DNA from: Octopus vulgaris
Lineage: Eukaryota
Length of the DNA stretch: 64,000 nucleotides
Assembly: GCA_951406725.2 (NCBI GenBank)
Contig: OX597816.1
Coordinates: forward strand, 88,536,001 to 88,600,000
Direction of reading: 5' to 3'
In this document: positions 1-16,685 of the stretch, piece by piece
How positions within the stretch are numbered: position 1 is the first letter of the stretch
Layout of the letters: every line of letters starts with the position of its first letter
Notes under the pieces: model-generated
The model's input: the letters and a program-made list of their open reading frames with translations, nothing else
What the model was told of the DNA's origin: nothing
The model's database searches: none
Translations under genes and position numbers: made by a program

Positions 1-60
1 TTCTTCTTCTTCTTCTTCTTCTTCTTCTTCTTCTTCTTCTTCTTCTTTTCCTCCTCATCT

Positions 61-129
<69 letters not shown>

Positions 130-170
130 CACTGCTGCTGCTGCTACTATTATTAGTATTATTATTATTG
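1..170. repeat. Compound triplet microsatellite (TTC)n-(TAC)n-(TGC)n-(TAT)n
   Basis: Direct reading of the sequence. Confidence 0.97.
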
Positions 171-1431
171 AGTGAGACAGCAGTGCATGCCATCAGTGAT
201 ACTGGGGAAGGATGTATTATTATTAGTGCTGTTGTTGTTGTTCTTGTTGTTGTTGTTTTCGGTCTCTTCATTCATATCATTTTCTTCTATTTTTGTGTCA
301 TCCTCTATTGTCTTCATTGTGTTGTTTCCTTCCCGTGTACGGTACCATCATTAATGCACAGAAGAAAAAAAACCTTTTATACAGTGATTACTGAGTTCGA
401 AACCAGTGACGGTAGATTTTTGCCTTTCATTCTTCCAGACATGATAAAGCTAAATGCTAGTCATGTAATTTTGTTCAATTTAGAGCCTATTGCTCTCTCT
501 AAATTGTGTGCCATCGTGCACACGGATTAGCAGAGTTGCATTCAGTAACGCTTTTCACACACTAATTTGTAGGCGCAAAGTTTATGGTACCTGCCTCGTC
601 TCATCTAAATCAGTAGAACTTCTTATCAGCTTTCACCTTTTTGTCAACTTTATAAACCCATTTCTTCTCGTCTCCTTAATTTATCTGTGTATCACATCTC
701 ACATCCCGTACCAAAACATTTAACATAATCTTTAATTCTCTTGGATTCTCTTTCGAACCCATGTTTTTTTTATATTTTTATTTCTTTTTATTTAGTGATT
801 TTTTTTATTTATTCCATTTTTTTAAATTTCTTTTTTTTTTTAGTTTTTACCGTTGACTTCAAATACAACGTAACTCCCATTGATCTGACAAGTCTGCAAA
901 AATGCCTTAAATACGATGGGCATCGATTCTCTTCATTTGAATAACATTAAAAAAATAAAACATCAATATCATTTCCTACTTTATTATGCATTTTTATTCA
1001 TAATATATTTCTTCCAAATTTTCTTCAAAGAATCTTGCAGAATACAACAACTGAACGCGCAAGCAAAGTTCTGTCAATATTATTGATAAACAATATGAAG
1101 CAAGTATAGTGTGTATCTGGGAATATATGAGAAAAAAATTTAATTCATTTGAATTTATTGCGTATTTATTTTCATCATAATTTCCTAAATAAAATGAAGA
1201 TTCCAAAGTTAAAAGAAATTTCAAAGAAATCTTTCTAATAAGAATATAAATGGACAGGAAACAGCAGTAGAATATCGTCGCAGTTTGGCAAATGCAAACT
1301 AATAAAAATTACAATGATATAAGTGTAACCGAAATGTCTCCACATTTGGATATGTGATTTGTCTTATGAATTAACAATATCTTCGAAAGATAAAATGCCC
1401 ACACCCATACACACATACACACACATACACA

Positions 1432-1482
<51 letters not shown>

Positions 1483-1491
1483 TTATATATA

Positions 1492-1548
<57 letters not shown>

Positions 1549-2645
1549 GCATTCAAGTGCATACATATTTACATATATGTCTTTGCATATGTATAAAAGT
1601 TTGTAAACATACACCAATATACTCAACCACACACACACATACATACAATAATATAGAATTACATGTATGTATATTTTTATGTACGTATAAATTATGAATA
1701 GACTAGTTATATATTTATGAACACATATATTATACTTCTTTAGATCTTCGATTTATATGTTTTTATATCAAATATCAATTGTTTTGTCTTGCATGCACAG
1801 ACAGATTTTGATAAAGCTTTATTTGTTTACTTGTTATACTTTGATATCATTTCACTTCTATAATCTCTTCTTCACGTATTAATCCTCTAATTATAACACG
1901 TTCAAAATTTGCGGGATATGTAGATTTTCTTTGGTTGAAATTTCTTTGTTCTTCAGTTGTAAGTTTTTCGTTTTCAAATATACCCTCAAACAATACACAG
2001 ATCTTTTGTGTGCAATCATAAACAAACTCAGTCAGTCAGCTTCTAGAAGACTAATTTGTATAGGAGAGAGACAGTTATATTTCAAAATAACGGATGTAAT
2101 TTGTAGAAGCTATTTGTTTATACGGATAAAGCCGGGTACATACTTTGTATTAATTATGAAAACATTAATTATAAACAATAGAAACTGAAAATGGCACTAG
2201 AATATATGAAGAATAATTTTTTTAAATTGAATTTATACATTCCATATAAATTGAGATAACTTCATTTATATTTGACACTTCATTAAATAGATAGATCTTC
2301 AATATATATAATACATATAACTATGCAAGTAGTTGTAATTAAACAGTCTTTGGTATCTGCCTGAAATAAGAGGCAATGAAATTCTAACTTGCATGTCAAT
2401 AAGGGATGAGAATCCTTCCTTATGGAGAATCTTTGTTAAGCAGGTGCACGAAACACTCTTTCAGCGTCACTTGGTGTGGTCCAAAAATGGGCACGACTGT
2501 ATCTTTAGCAATGTCTTGGCTGTAGGACTCGCAGGCAGAGAGTTAAGTCCAGCCACACTGAATATTCTAATTTATATTTTATAATGGTGATGCTTTTATA
2601 GTAACCATAGTTTATATATGCAATGAGATTTTATCGCTGTAATTG

Positions 2646-2646
<1 letters not shown>

Positions 2647-2704
<58 letters not shown>

Positions 2705-2714
2705 ATATATATAT

Positions 2715-2789
<75 letters not shown>

Positions 2790-2790
2790 T
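2647..2790. repeat. (TA)n followed by (TAGA)n microsatellite
   Basis: Direct reading of the sequence. Confidence 0.97.
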
Positions 2791-3087
2791 AGCAGATGTT
2801 GTAATAATACAGAATGTATTGTACAATGGTTATTGACAAAAAATACTAGTGTTGATAAACAAAATTTGATCACTAATTAGGCGATATTTTGTAACAAGTG
2901 TATATTTAATGCAAATGGAATATACGTTATGTCGCTACATCTTTATATGCTAGTCGCAACATATTGAACTTGTGAGTTTCTTAATTGATGTGGTATTAAA
3001 TCAGAATGATTCTACCCAGGCACAACAAAATATGCTTCAACACACGAGTTCACATAAAGAATTTTGCAAACCCCAAACAAAACGAAA

Positions 3088-3612
<525 letters not shown>

Positions 3613-3644
3613 GGATTTTATATAATCGATATATATATATATAT

Positions 3645-4235
3645 ATTAAATCAGAAAAAAACCCACCCTTTATCAATTCAAAATCAACAATTAAGTTACA
3701 CCATCTAGAAAATTACTTATAATAGAAAAGTTAAAATTTAAAAAATAACAATAAAATGTAAAGATTAAGTAAATTGCAAAAATAATAATAATAACGTATA
3801 TAATAGGTAGAAAGACGACACGTGTTTAGCGGCTATATTTAAGAAATGATTATAGTATTTTATTTTTATTTTTAACCTGATGAGCGACTATATTTATATC
3901 GAAGTGATTTCTCTACTACTATAATCATTTCTTAAATATAGCCGCGAAACACTTGTCGTTTTTCTACCTATTATATACGTTTTAATTATTATTTTTGCAA
4001 TTTACTTAATCCTTACATTTTATTGTTATTTTATTTTAACTTTTCTATTATATGTAATTTTCTAGATGGTGTAATTTAATTGTTCATTTTGAATTGATAA
4101 AGGGTGTTTATTTTCTAATTTTTTATATATATATTATATTGTGTAAAATTTGATTTACTATTTCTAAATTGATTTTTTTCCTTGTAAGTTTGGATTTTAT
4201 TCCCTCAAATAATAATTATTATATATATATATATA
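3645..4235. mobile_element. Fold-back element 1: about 210 bp inverted arms (3645-3857 / 3917-4130) with a hammerhead motif; probably derived from a Penelope-like pseudo-LTR
   Basis: Arms are reverse complements, e.g. gtagaaagacgacacgtgtttagcggctatatttaagaaatgattatagta vs tactataatcatttcttaaatatagccgcgaaacacttgtcgtttttctac. Flanked by (TA)n on both sides. Confidence 0.85.
3874..3960 (+). ncRNA. Minimal type I hammerhead ribozyme motif
   Basis: Stem I aac/gtt; CTGATGA 3877-3883; stem II gcgactatattt/aaatatagccgc; GAAAC 3946-3950; loop ACTT (ACGT in the other arm); GTC cleavage triplet 3955-3957. Confidence 0.8.
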
Positions 4236-4269
4236 TCGTGCACACTTTTAGTTTTAAAATGCTTCTCAC

Positions 4270-4680
4270 AGATGCTATGGGCTGCATACTCCGTGATGCA
4301 TTTCGGATCTTACATCAGATCCCCTCGCTCAGTTGACCCAGCCGGGGTTGATTACATCCCAGCCTACATTCCTGTAGCAGCAAACCACTGATCTTTTCTC
4401 TATCAAAAGCGACTTAGTGGCCTTCTCTGCAGTGATGGAATTCATAACCCTCCTCTTTGCTGCGCCCATTAACTCCAGTGTCACTCAAAGTTTTGCAGAA
4501 TGAACTCCATACAAATCTTCGACAAGCCACCTCTATTACCTTGTCACGTGTCTGATAGCTCTGATTTCTGCAATGCTCTATCTGTAACTTGTATTTACGA
4601 CAACAATAGAAGCTGTTTATACAGTGCCGCTATTTGGCCTTTAATATCTGGCCACGCATCAGACAAGCTTGGAAATTTAT
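4270..4680 (-). mobile_element. 3' end of a HERO-like (RLE-endonuclease) non-LTR retrotransposon, decayed
   Basis: Minus strand reads IEVACRRFVWSSFCKTLSDTGVNG...ITAEKATKSLL, resembling the EVGCRGF...AEKAS C-terminus. The UTR atcaaccccggctgggtca...tctgatgtaagatccgaaa resembles HERO 3' UTRs as I recall them. Confidence 0.65.
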
Positions 4681-5040
4681 TACAGATTGCCTTCAAAAGT
4701 TTTAGGCTGAAAATACGAGTCTCCATATAATTAATTTCTTAGACGTCATGTAAGTATTCTCACAAGATCTTAATAAGACATGCAGTAAACCAAAGGAAAA
4801 GTTCACATGCATTGACATGGATTCTATATTTGCACCTGTAATTTTTCAAAATTCTAATTATTGGCAGAAATCACGTTATTTATCGTTAACTAATAAAATC
4901 TTACTACAACATACAGCAAATATCAAATATGTCGATAATCGCTTGTCACTCAGAAGTAGAAAAATATGTCGTAATGTCCTGTTTCATGCTACCTTTTCGT
5001 TAAATGTTAAATGTAACACAAATGAAACATTTTTAACCTT

Positions 5041-5273
5041 AATCAATAAATTTTCTGTTAACCAAAGCTACAGAAAATATTTGATAGAAATTAAGTTATA
5101 GATGTACAACTGGCGTGAAAATGATAATTAGTTGTAATCCGACTATATCAACAAAAATCAATAATTTTTCCCTGCTAACCAAACTTACAGGAAATTATTT
5201 GACAGAAATTAAGTTATAGTAGTTACAACTGGCGTGAAAATGATAATTAAGAGTAACCTAACTAAAGCAACAA
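5041..5273. repeat. Two-copy tandem direct repeat, unit about 115 bp
   Basis: aatcaataa...aaccaaa...agaaattaagttatag...tacaactggcgtgaaaatgataatta occurs at about 5041 and 5156. Confidence 0.9.
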
Positions 5274-5828
5274 TGAGAGATTGCTCATGCAGAAAGAAAC
5301 ACCACATAATAAGCATGCGTGCAATGCCGAAGGAAATGTTATGAGGTAGAGGTCACCTTTACAAAAGAAAAATTAGATTAATATTGCGAGTGAATTTTAA
5401 AAATAAACTTATTTCAATCATATTCTTGTCTGTGGAATCATAGAAAGGAGGAATTTAATAAAATTATAGGACACTGTTAGGACACTGAAAGAAAGCAGGA
5501 CTATATTCAATATCTTAAGGGAACCTCTTAAAGGTTATAAGCTGTATTTAAATGTCACTAAAGTATTTGAGCCGTAAAATTCTGAGAAAAATTATATGAT
5601 AATGAATTTTAACAAACTTGCTGAGTAATTCCAACATCAGATCACAGATTATTCAGCATATGCAAACATTTAGGGAAATTTCTTTCAAGCAATGACAGAA
5701 TGGAAGTGCTAAAAGTTGTATAGTTATAAATTAACGTATATGTGGACTCGGGAATGGAGTCTGTTAATGAGTATTTGCCAATTAGCTAGATGGCTTTCAT
5801 TTGAATACAGACAAGCATATTTTCAGAT

Positions 5829-5873
5829 GCGACAGTAGTATTAGATACTGGATCTGATCGGAGCATTATGAAG
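5829..5873 (+). pseudogene. Possible retroviral-type aspartyl protease motif remnant (decayed LTR retrotransposon)
   Basis: gcgacagtagtattagatactggatctgatcggagcattatgaag translates as ATVVLDTGSDRSIMK. The surrounding frame is full of stops. Confidence 0.4.
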
Positions 5874-6483
5874 TTTTAATATTTATCGACGCTGCAATAT
5901 TTTTCTAGTTCGAAAGAGGAAGACTTTAACAATAACACTTATTTTGCTGCGCTATTTCGAGGCTATATCTTTAAATTTTAAGGCAGAGATGTTACGGTAC
6001 AGCTCTTATGAACCTGCTTGTGAAGATCTTTAAGATATTTTTAATATTTAGGACAGTAGAAAAATATGCCTAATAAGGTTTCAAAAATTTACTTATCTGT
6101 TGTCAGCAAAAAAGTACAAGCATTATCAAGTATCATAGATGGCTAGCTATGAAATGATACATGTCCTAAGACAATTAGGTGACTCAAAGTAGTACAGAGA
6201 CCACTAGCTTGTTCGCAACTTAAATCATACTTTAATTTTATTTCTAGTCGATTCTTATTTATGCGTCATTACGAGGTAGACTTAGATTAATTGCTTATAT
6301 TAACCATATTTTCATAGTGTAGTACAGTAATGATTTATTTAATGCAGTTATTAAGATAGTGTTGATAAGTATAATAATCCCAATTCTTAACATACGTTAA
6401 TTATATTTTTGCGAAATATGATTATACAATTGTTATTCATAATGTGAGAGACCACGTCAATATGTTTAATGAGTTTTCCTTAA

Positions 6484-7080
6484 TCTGTTATATAAAATCC
6501 GTTCTGTCTGTCTGTGTGTGTGTCTTCTAGCATCTCGCGCATCCTCCACCCGATTGCGCTCAAATTTAATATATAGATACCGACGGTATCAGGGCGTGTA
6601 TAAGTCTTGTAAAAATTTTAAAAATCGATTCCAGGTGAGAATACGATCGATAAAGCCGTGGGAACGTGCATTTGTACGCGCAAGTACATCAGCTGTTGCG
6701 TCGATCTACGCGTACGCGAGACAGATGCACGGTGTTTCAAATTTAGGTTAAATCAGTGTTTCTCAAAGGGGAGGACTATGAGACGGTCGGACAAGTTGTT
6801 TTGAGAAAATTTGGTTTAAATGTTTGATAACTCAGCACCGTCCATTGGACGGGGGGAATTTTGCTCGTCATGTATAATATCTAGAATATAGAGGTGGCTT
6901 GTTTCGCCCATATTCGTAACATGGAAATTCTCATGTAGACGTCAAAACGAGAAACATCACCTTTCAGAATCCATTATGATGTTGTCATTAACGTTATTAG
7001 TAAAGTGCTGTTGACTTTTATATTTTTGGGGGGAGAAAGAGCTTACAAACTGACAGTTAATACACCAATTATGTCAAAGA
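6484..7080 (+). mobile_element. Helitron-like non-autonomous repeat, 5' part
   Basis: Starts a|tctgttatataaaatcc...ctgtctgtctgtgt...ccgattgcgctcaaatt, the style of invertebrate Helitron 5' ends. No clear 3' hairpin or CTAG found. Confidence 0.4.
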
Positions 7081-8261
7081 AGGTGTATCTTCATTAATTA
7101 TATCTAACGAAGCTCATATTGAAACACAACACACAGATGACCGTGCACACTGAAAGAAACATTTTTCCACATCATATATACACATACAAACGCGCACAAT
7201 GACAGGCTTCTTCTTGCATTAGGTCTGCTATGTTGAAACACCTCATTTAGATAATCAGCCAACACTCAGCGTATAGACCAAGAATGGACCAAGTGTCTCA
7301 TGGTCCATTCTTATATTTTTCCACTGTAGAACTTATTTAATGAAAGACAATTTCTGAAACGTTGTTATATAACATTGTGGTTTATGTTTTATCCCAAATC
7401 ATCACGTTCTGCTATTGCTTCTTTATATCGCTTTCTTATATTTTGCTTCCACTTAATAGCCACACACACACACGCACACACACCTACAAACATTCGCAAA
7501 CGTGTGTATGCATATAAGCTGTGTGTGCATGCGTGTGTGTTTCAGCTGACCACTATTCTATATCAAAAGCGATGTAAGTTGAGATTATCATAGATTGACT
7601 AAAACTGCGAAATACGAACAACTTTTAATATCTGACGTTCATAAAATATTATATAGAAGAGTACACCCATCTCTTCGTTCTTCAGTATTCATATTTTTTC
7701 ACCATATCTTTCTTTATTTTCTGTCTTGGATATTGAGCTATTTGTTTATAGTGAGTATATTTTGGTCGAGTTTCTTATTAATAATTTTCGTCCTTTATTA
7801 ATAAATAAGATATCGTAACGCGAAAATAGAATAAATAGCTTCGAGAAGAGACAATACAATATAGTTGAAAACAAGAGAAAAAGACTCTAAAAACATTAGA
7901 ACAGAATGTAAGAGAATGAATCTAAGATTTGAAGGGGAAATCTAACTATCGTCTATACTTCTATGAAAGGATGTATAAATTTCTGCCTTACTTTACTCTT
8001 ATATGCAATTATATACACACAGAGACATATACACACTCACAAATTGATCGACGCAAACCTATGTATACACAATGTAATATACACATAGTGATATACGAAT
8101 ATATATATACATATATATATATAAGTGTACATGTAGATTTATGTAAATACACACACATGCATATATCTATATATATACATACATATAAACATATAGTTAT
8201 ATACTATGTAAACATATATATGCATATACATCACATATATGTGCATACACACATACATATA

Positions 8262-8302
<41 letters not shown>

Positions 8303-8323
8303 GTATCATTATATATGTGTATG

Positions 8324-8408
<85 letters not shown>

Positions 8409-8560
8409 CATATATATACAATGGATTTGTACAGAATATTGAGTATATCGACCATAGTAGTAGTAACAAGAGTAATAAAATAACAATAAAATGATGATGG
8501 TGATGCTGATGCTGATGATGATAATAATATTTGAGCAGAAGATGGAGTACAAGAAAAATG

Positions 8561-8668
<108 letters not shown>

Positions 8669-8877
8669 TTAAGGAAGTGCTCAGAGTAACCGCAAATAAA
8701 TGAAGCAAAAAGGGATAGTTATCACGCCAAAGAAAAAGAATTCACAAGAATATTAGAAAAATATATAAAAAAGAAAGCAAGAGAGCAGTTAGAGAAAGAA
8801 ATAATTACTTTCAAAGCTCATAACATGTATTTGTGTGTGTATCTGCACCTGCGCGTGTGTGTATGAGTATGTATAAC

Positions 8878-10140
<1,263 letters not shown>

Positions 10141-10749
10141 AGCTTTTACAGATAACGATCTCTTGTTCAAGGGACTGCTCTTTGCGTGATATAACCGTGT
10201 GTTATTGATTTCTCACTCATGAGGGGTTTTATGAAAATGTGTTTAATTTTCGGCTGTATTTATGGCAGTATAATATATATGTTTTTTCTTAATCTTTTGT
10301 TTCATTATACTTTTGTTGGAAAAAATAAATGAAAAACTTCTTTTGTGTGTGCTTTTGTGCTTATATTTCGTTATATGCACGCATATATTTTATGTGCCAA
10401 CTGTGTTCGTTAAAAATTTCCTACATTTTTGTTTACGTTATGAGATGTTGATGTTTATATCAATATTGCATATATCTAGGAACATGCAAATTTATATGCT
10501 TCATAACCATGCTCCGTATATGCGTGTTTCCGAGTTCCGCATGTCTATGCAGCAAGTGAGGAAGTCATGCTCTCTTTACAGTCTATAGTAGACCAACAAC
10601 CTGTGAGTGGTATTTGGTAGAATGAAACTCTAGTGAAGTCCAAGACACAGATGATATGCAAGTGTGTGTATGTGTGTACGTGTGTGTATGTGTCTGTCTA
10701 CCTGTTTGTCTGTCTGTATGTATGTATGAATGTATGTCTCTTCTATGTT

Positions 10750-11550
10750 TTAATTATTATAAATCTTCCACTGAGGAGGGAGCCGGTTTTCAACAAAGAT
10801 ACAAAGCTCCATCTTTGGGAGGTAGTTAACACAGACAAATTCACATTTGGAACTTGAGAAAAGTCTAGTATATTTTTACTGTTCCACTCACAGATTGGGC
10901 TTGTAATGTACGGATCAGACAGTCAATTTCTCTTTCTCAAATTCCCAGGTTAGCCAAATTCTCTTTTAAGCATGTACTAACAAAACCTAGAGCTCCAATT
11001 ATTATTGGTATGAATATGAATTTATAGTCTGGATATAGAAGCTGGAGGTTTCGAAGCAGTTGTCCATAGATATCCTCTTTTTCTTTGATTTTCAAAGAGA
11101 TATTTATATCTGCAAGGCAGCTAACCCGTATGATGGTACATAACTTGCCCCTCAGTCCTAAACAAGAATATTCAGCCTGTTATGCTTACATTTAACAGAA
11201 GGTTTGATGGGAATATTCCACTAGTATTCCTTGAGTTAGTGATTATGAATGTATTCCATAACAGGAATATATTTCAGGACAATTTTTTTTTTTGCGGAAG
11301 GTATTGTAAATTGTTTTAGCAACAACATCGTGTCGCATAGGGAAGTAGTACCGTGAATCCTTTTAGGACATCTGTTAATCACATGCCTAATGTCTTCAAC
11401 AGAAACATGACATAGCCTACACATGCGGTTGCACCTTGGGATTACAAGAGCATCACTGTCTCTCTTGTTCAACAGGTAATTTGTGGCAATCTCCTGTTCC
11501 TGGATTGCAAACGCATATACTTCAAAGTGGGATAATTTAGTGGTCTTGTA
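10750..11550 (-). mobile_element. R4/Dong-clade non-LTR retrotransposon 3' fragment (CCHC finger and RLE endonuclease region)
   Basis: Minus strand gives FAIQEQEIATNYL...CRLCHVSVEDIRHVINRCP, then MRHDVVAKTIYN and ...LQLLYPDYKFIFIPIIIGALG...TFLKFQM*, with frameshifts and stops. Confidence 0.85.
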
Positions 11551-11556
11551 CGTACG

Positions 11557-11587
<31 letters not shown>

Positions 11588-11971
11588 GTAAGTATGTATG
11601 TATGTATGTATGTATGTATGTATGTATGTATGTATGTATGTATGTACACACATTGTCAGATACATATATTAGTAGCAAACTTGAAAAATGATTCCTTAAC
11701 GCCGCATTGGTTGAGAAAGAATTTCTTTTAACAGAATTCGCGTGTCCGATGCCATGAGTTTCGTAGGAATATATTCTCGGTTAGTGAGTTAGATCTGGGA
11801 TAATGCGCCAGTCATATTAATATGTGTATGGCACGAAAGTTTGCGAGATTTTCCTCAAAGCCAGATGTGCAGAAACCAATGGAATAAATGTATGTAATTT
11901 CATAAATGGCTCATGTAATCCATGGTGCCCTTGTACTTTGTAATGTCTAAACTGTGAGAATAAAATAGTTT

Positions 11972-12960
11972 TATCCTATCCTATCCTATCCCGTGGTTGA
12001 GTTGTCGTTGGGATATTCAGTGATGACATCGCAACCAGGTTTTGCCACTTCTCTCTGTCTTCGGCTGCTATTTGTGAGTCGGCGAAACTGACTCCTGTCC
12101 ACACATTCATGTTACAAGCTCATATTTTCCTTGGTCTGCCTTACTTTCGTTCTCCTTCATCTAGGCCTTGAAGAATTGCCTTTAATAAGACGGGACATCA
12201 TGTGACACGGTCATAGCATTTCAGTTTTCTTGTTTTTACAATTGTTAACAGCTCCATGTCTGGTCCAATAGCCTCAGTTATCATGATCCTCACTTCGTTA
12301 TTTCTCATATGTTCTTTGCACGAGATATCTAAGAGCCGTCTGTAGCACCTCATTTTCATTGCACTTACAATTTTTTCTAATTAATGTCCAAGCCTCGAAG
12401 CTTCACAGAAAGCTGGAAGTCACAAGTTACCGCATCTGCATAACTTTTGTGTAGAACCTAATGTTATTATTTTTCCAGATTGACTATGCAATTTCTAAAA
12501 GGATTTCGGGCCTGTATTCTTCGCCGGTAACGATAGCTGTTGGGAATTTGAACTTACCAATAGTTTCAAGTTTTTGTCTGTTTACGGTGATGTCATTTAT
12601 AACGTATTCTGGATTATTGCTGGTCATGGTATTGGTTTCCTCTGCACTTACATCCATACTGTTCGCGTTTGAGGTACTGTAGAGTAAGATTTCCAGCTCT
12701 GCTTTTGTTCTTGCCAGGACACCAATTTCGTCGGCAAATCTGAGGTTGCTGGTGATTCTTTCTCCAATGCTGACAGTGCTTTTATGATTTTTTAGTGCGT
12801 CTAATATGACTTTTTTCTAGGAAGTTGTTGAAGAAGGCAGGTGAGAGCAGATATCCTTGACATACACCTAAGTTATTCGAAACCAGTTACCGATGGTTCC
12901 CTTATAGCGGACAACACAAGTTGCATTCTCGTATAGTTGGTGACTTCAATCTTGTTGTAC
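11972..12960 (-). mobile_element. RTE-clade LINE 3' fragment (decayed RT) with (GATAG)n tail
   Basis: Minus strand gives GVCQGYLLSPAFFNNFLEK and SIGERITSNLRFADEIG (GVRQG..LSP and FADD motifs). The 3' end runs into (ctatc)n on the plus strand. Confidence 0.82.
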
Positions 12961-14221
12961 TTTTCCATTGTGGTTGATGATCCTATAGGCCAGAATACAA
13001 CATTATCAGAATAATATAGAACTGGAGTAATTGCTCTCAACGCCTTGTATACATATTACTATTTCTGGGCTATATTTGCAATATATACTCATCCCTATTT
13101 CCTAGGCAATCCGTATATTCTACTCACACTTATCCAGCTACGTTGTAGTAACACTGTAACTACCTACTGATTCCACTTCACAGTTGGAAAGCGGACATGG
13201 CTATATACTGCGAACAAAAGAAAGACGTAGCAATATATTTGTGTATGCATGGGCAACAGATGTTCTGTTTCTATATTAATTATGATATAAAAAAATAATA
13301 CCTAATTCTAGACAAATCGCAAGGGAAACAATTGATACACCACTCAGTGGATGTTTCTTCAATTCGAAAGCATTTTTCCATTTGCCACTTCAAAATCTCA
13401 TATTCTCCGAAACTTCACAGTACGTCATGGCACACTCTCGGCAATTAGAATAACGGAATCGTCATCATTATCTAAATATGGAACTTATTCACACGAAATG
13501 TAATATAATGAACTATTGAATTACAGACACACACACACACACACATAAATATATGTGTGTATGTTTGTATATATGTATACACACACACTCACACCTATAC
13601 ATATGCATAGTCATAATAAAAATACCGGAAAAACAAAATGAATTTTCAAAATCTGTTTAACCAAGTTTCGTGCTGTTACGCTGCCTTCGGAAAGAGGGTG
13701 AGGGGAAAGTTGGAGTAAACAACTGTTGATAACCCGGTTTTCTTAAAGCTGTAAAGAATATGTAACTCTCCTTTATATATTAACGTATTAACATAGATAT
13801 GCTTGAATGTGTGCATGTGTGTATGTTTCGGTGTAGGAGAGAACATGCATATGTAGTTATGTGTATTCATAATGCAAAATTTTATAGATACAATATGATA
13901 TATACTTACATAGAATGGAGGTTACATTTTGCGTAGATGAAAACGCGGTCAATATTATATATTAAAAGTAAAATATACAAAAGCAGCGAAATAAGTGGAG
14001 GAAATAGCTCATAATTGTTCGTCTTCTGTGTGCATAAGCATTTCTTATTAAACATGTAGGTATACATAAATCTATCTCTCTATCACTCCATCTATCTTTC
14101 TATCTATCTCCCAATTTCTGTCTCTCTCTTTACATATATATATACACGTATGTTCGTGTGTCTGCATGCACGTATGTCTCAATGTATTTATATACATTTA
14201 TGTGTGTATTTGTGTGTATTT

Positions 14222-14281
<60 letters not shown>

Positions 14282-14678
14282 ATATATACACGTTTATGTG
14301 TATGTATATATCGGCATTTCCTACAGTATCTTATTTTGTGTGATTGTCCGTGTGTTTTTGAATCTATCATATAAAGCAAGCATGCATATGACTTTATTGC
14401 AGTGAAGCTTATTGTTAATATAGAAATATATTTCCGTCCTGAGAGGCAACTATTGGTTGAACATTTAATAATATTCTTCCTTTATTCTCCACATTTTTTA
14501 ACTCTATCTTCTATTCAATTCTCGTATGGTATACACTGTTTATTTATATTGCAATATTCAATACGTTTATCTATTTTGCTGGAGATGTCTGCATGGGTTT
14601 ATCAAAGTTTAGCTTAATCAGATCTTTAGAGGATTTTACATATCCCAAAAGTTATAAACAGCCCCGAATACAAACATG

Positions 14679-14735
<57 letters not shown>

Positions 14736-15084
14736 ATATATATGTATACATATATACTACATACAGACATAGATGCATACATTCATGCAAACATACATAC
14801 ATGCATATACCTATATACACACACACTCACACACACACACATATATATATATATATAGGTATGTATGTATATTTAGTGTGTATTTGATATGTTTAATTCT
14901 GAGTTATCTTTGACGTTTATCAATTGTTCATCAAGTTAAATTTTTCACTAAGGCTGCATTCCTCATATATTCATGTTTAAGTCTTGAACCCTCTCTTTCA
15001 CATGGTTTGAGTGTGTGCGTGCGGACATGCGTGCTTGTACACACACAAACATATATATATGTATGGATGTATGTACATATGTAA

Positions 15085-16050
<966 letters not shown>

Positions 16051-16635
16051 CGTGTGTGTGTGTGTGTGTGCGTGTGTGTATAAAGGGAGAGAGAAAGAGA
16101 GTAAATGCAAGAATTTGAAATTTCCCTTACCATATCTTGAATTTTCCAATATAACATCTTGTATTTTGGGGTAGTACCTGATTCACCTGCTAACCTGAAG
16201 TTTCCAATTCCAGCAACATCTTTCTTTCTACAATGATATAGACTGGGCATGGGCAATCTATTTTCTCAGAAGTGGGTTGCATGAGACTTACTATTGGCCG
16301 AGCTGTACTCCTTAAATTTCCAAGGAATCCGGCGAGCTGCCCACGATTTGTGTATAGGTCTAGACTTCTCAGAATTACTATTACATACTACATATGTTTT
16401 GTAAAAGCACAAAAAACTTAAATATACATAGTTCATATTGACGTAATCCAAATACGGCACCCATACACACTGTTGGTGTTTTTTAAATTCCAATGATGAG
16501 CTTTGGACATTTATCAGAACCTGGTAAGAAATCTTGAAATAAAACTGCATAATGACATACATACATAATCTTACAAAATCGGATATGTGTGTGTGTGTCT
16601 GTATACAAGTGTGTATATGAATATGTGTATGTATG

Positions 16636-16685
<50 letters not shown>

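Noticed and set aside
4295-4332. Hammerhead-like CUGAGCGA...ggatct/agatcc GAAA in the HERO-like 3' UTR (minus)
   Set aside because: The core has extra bases and no stem I pairing; more likely an ordinary UTR stem-loop.
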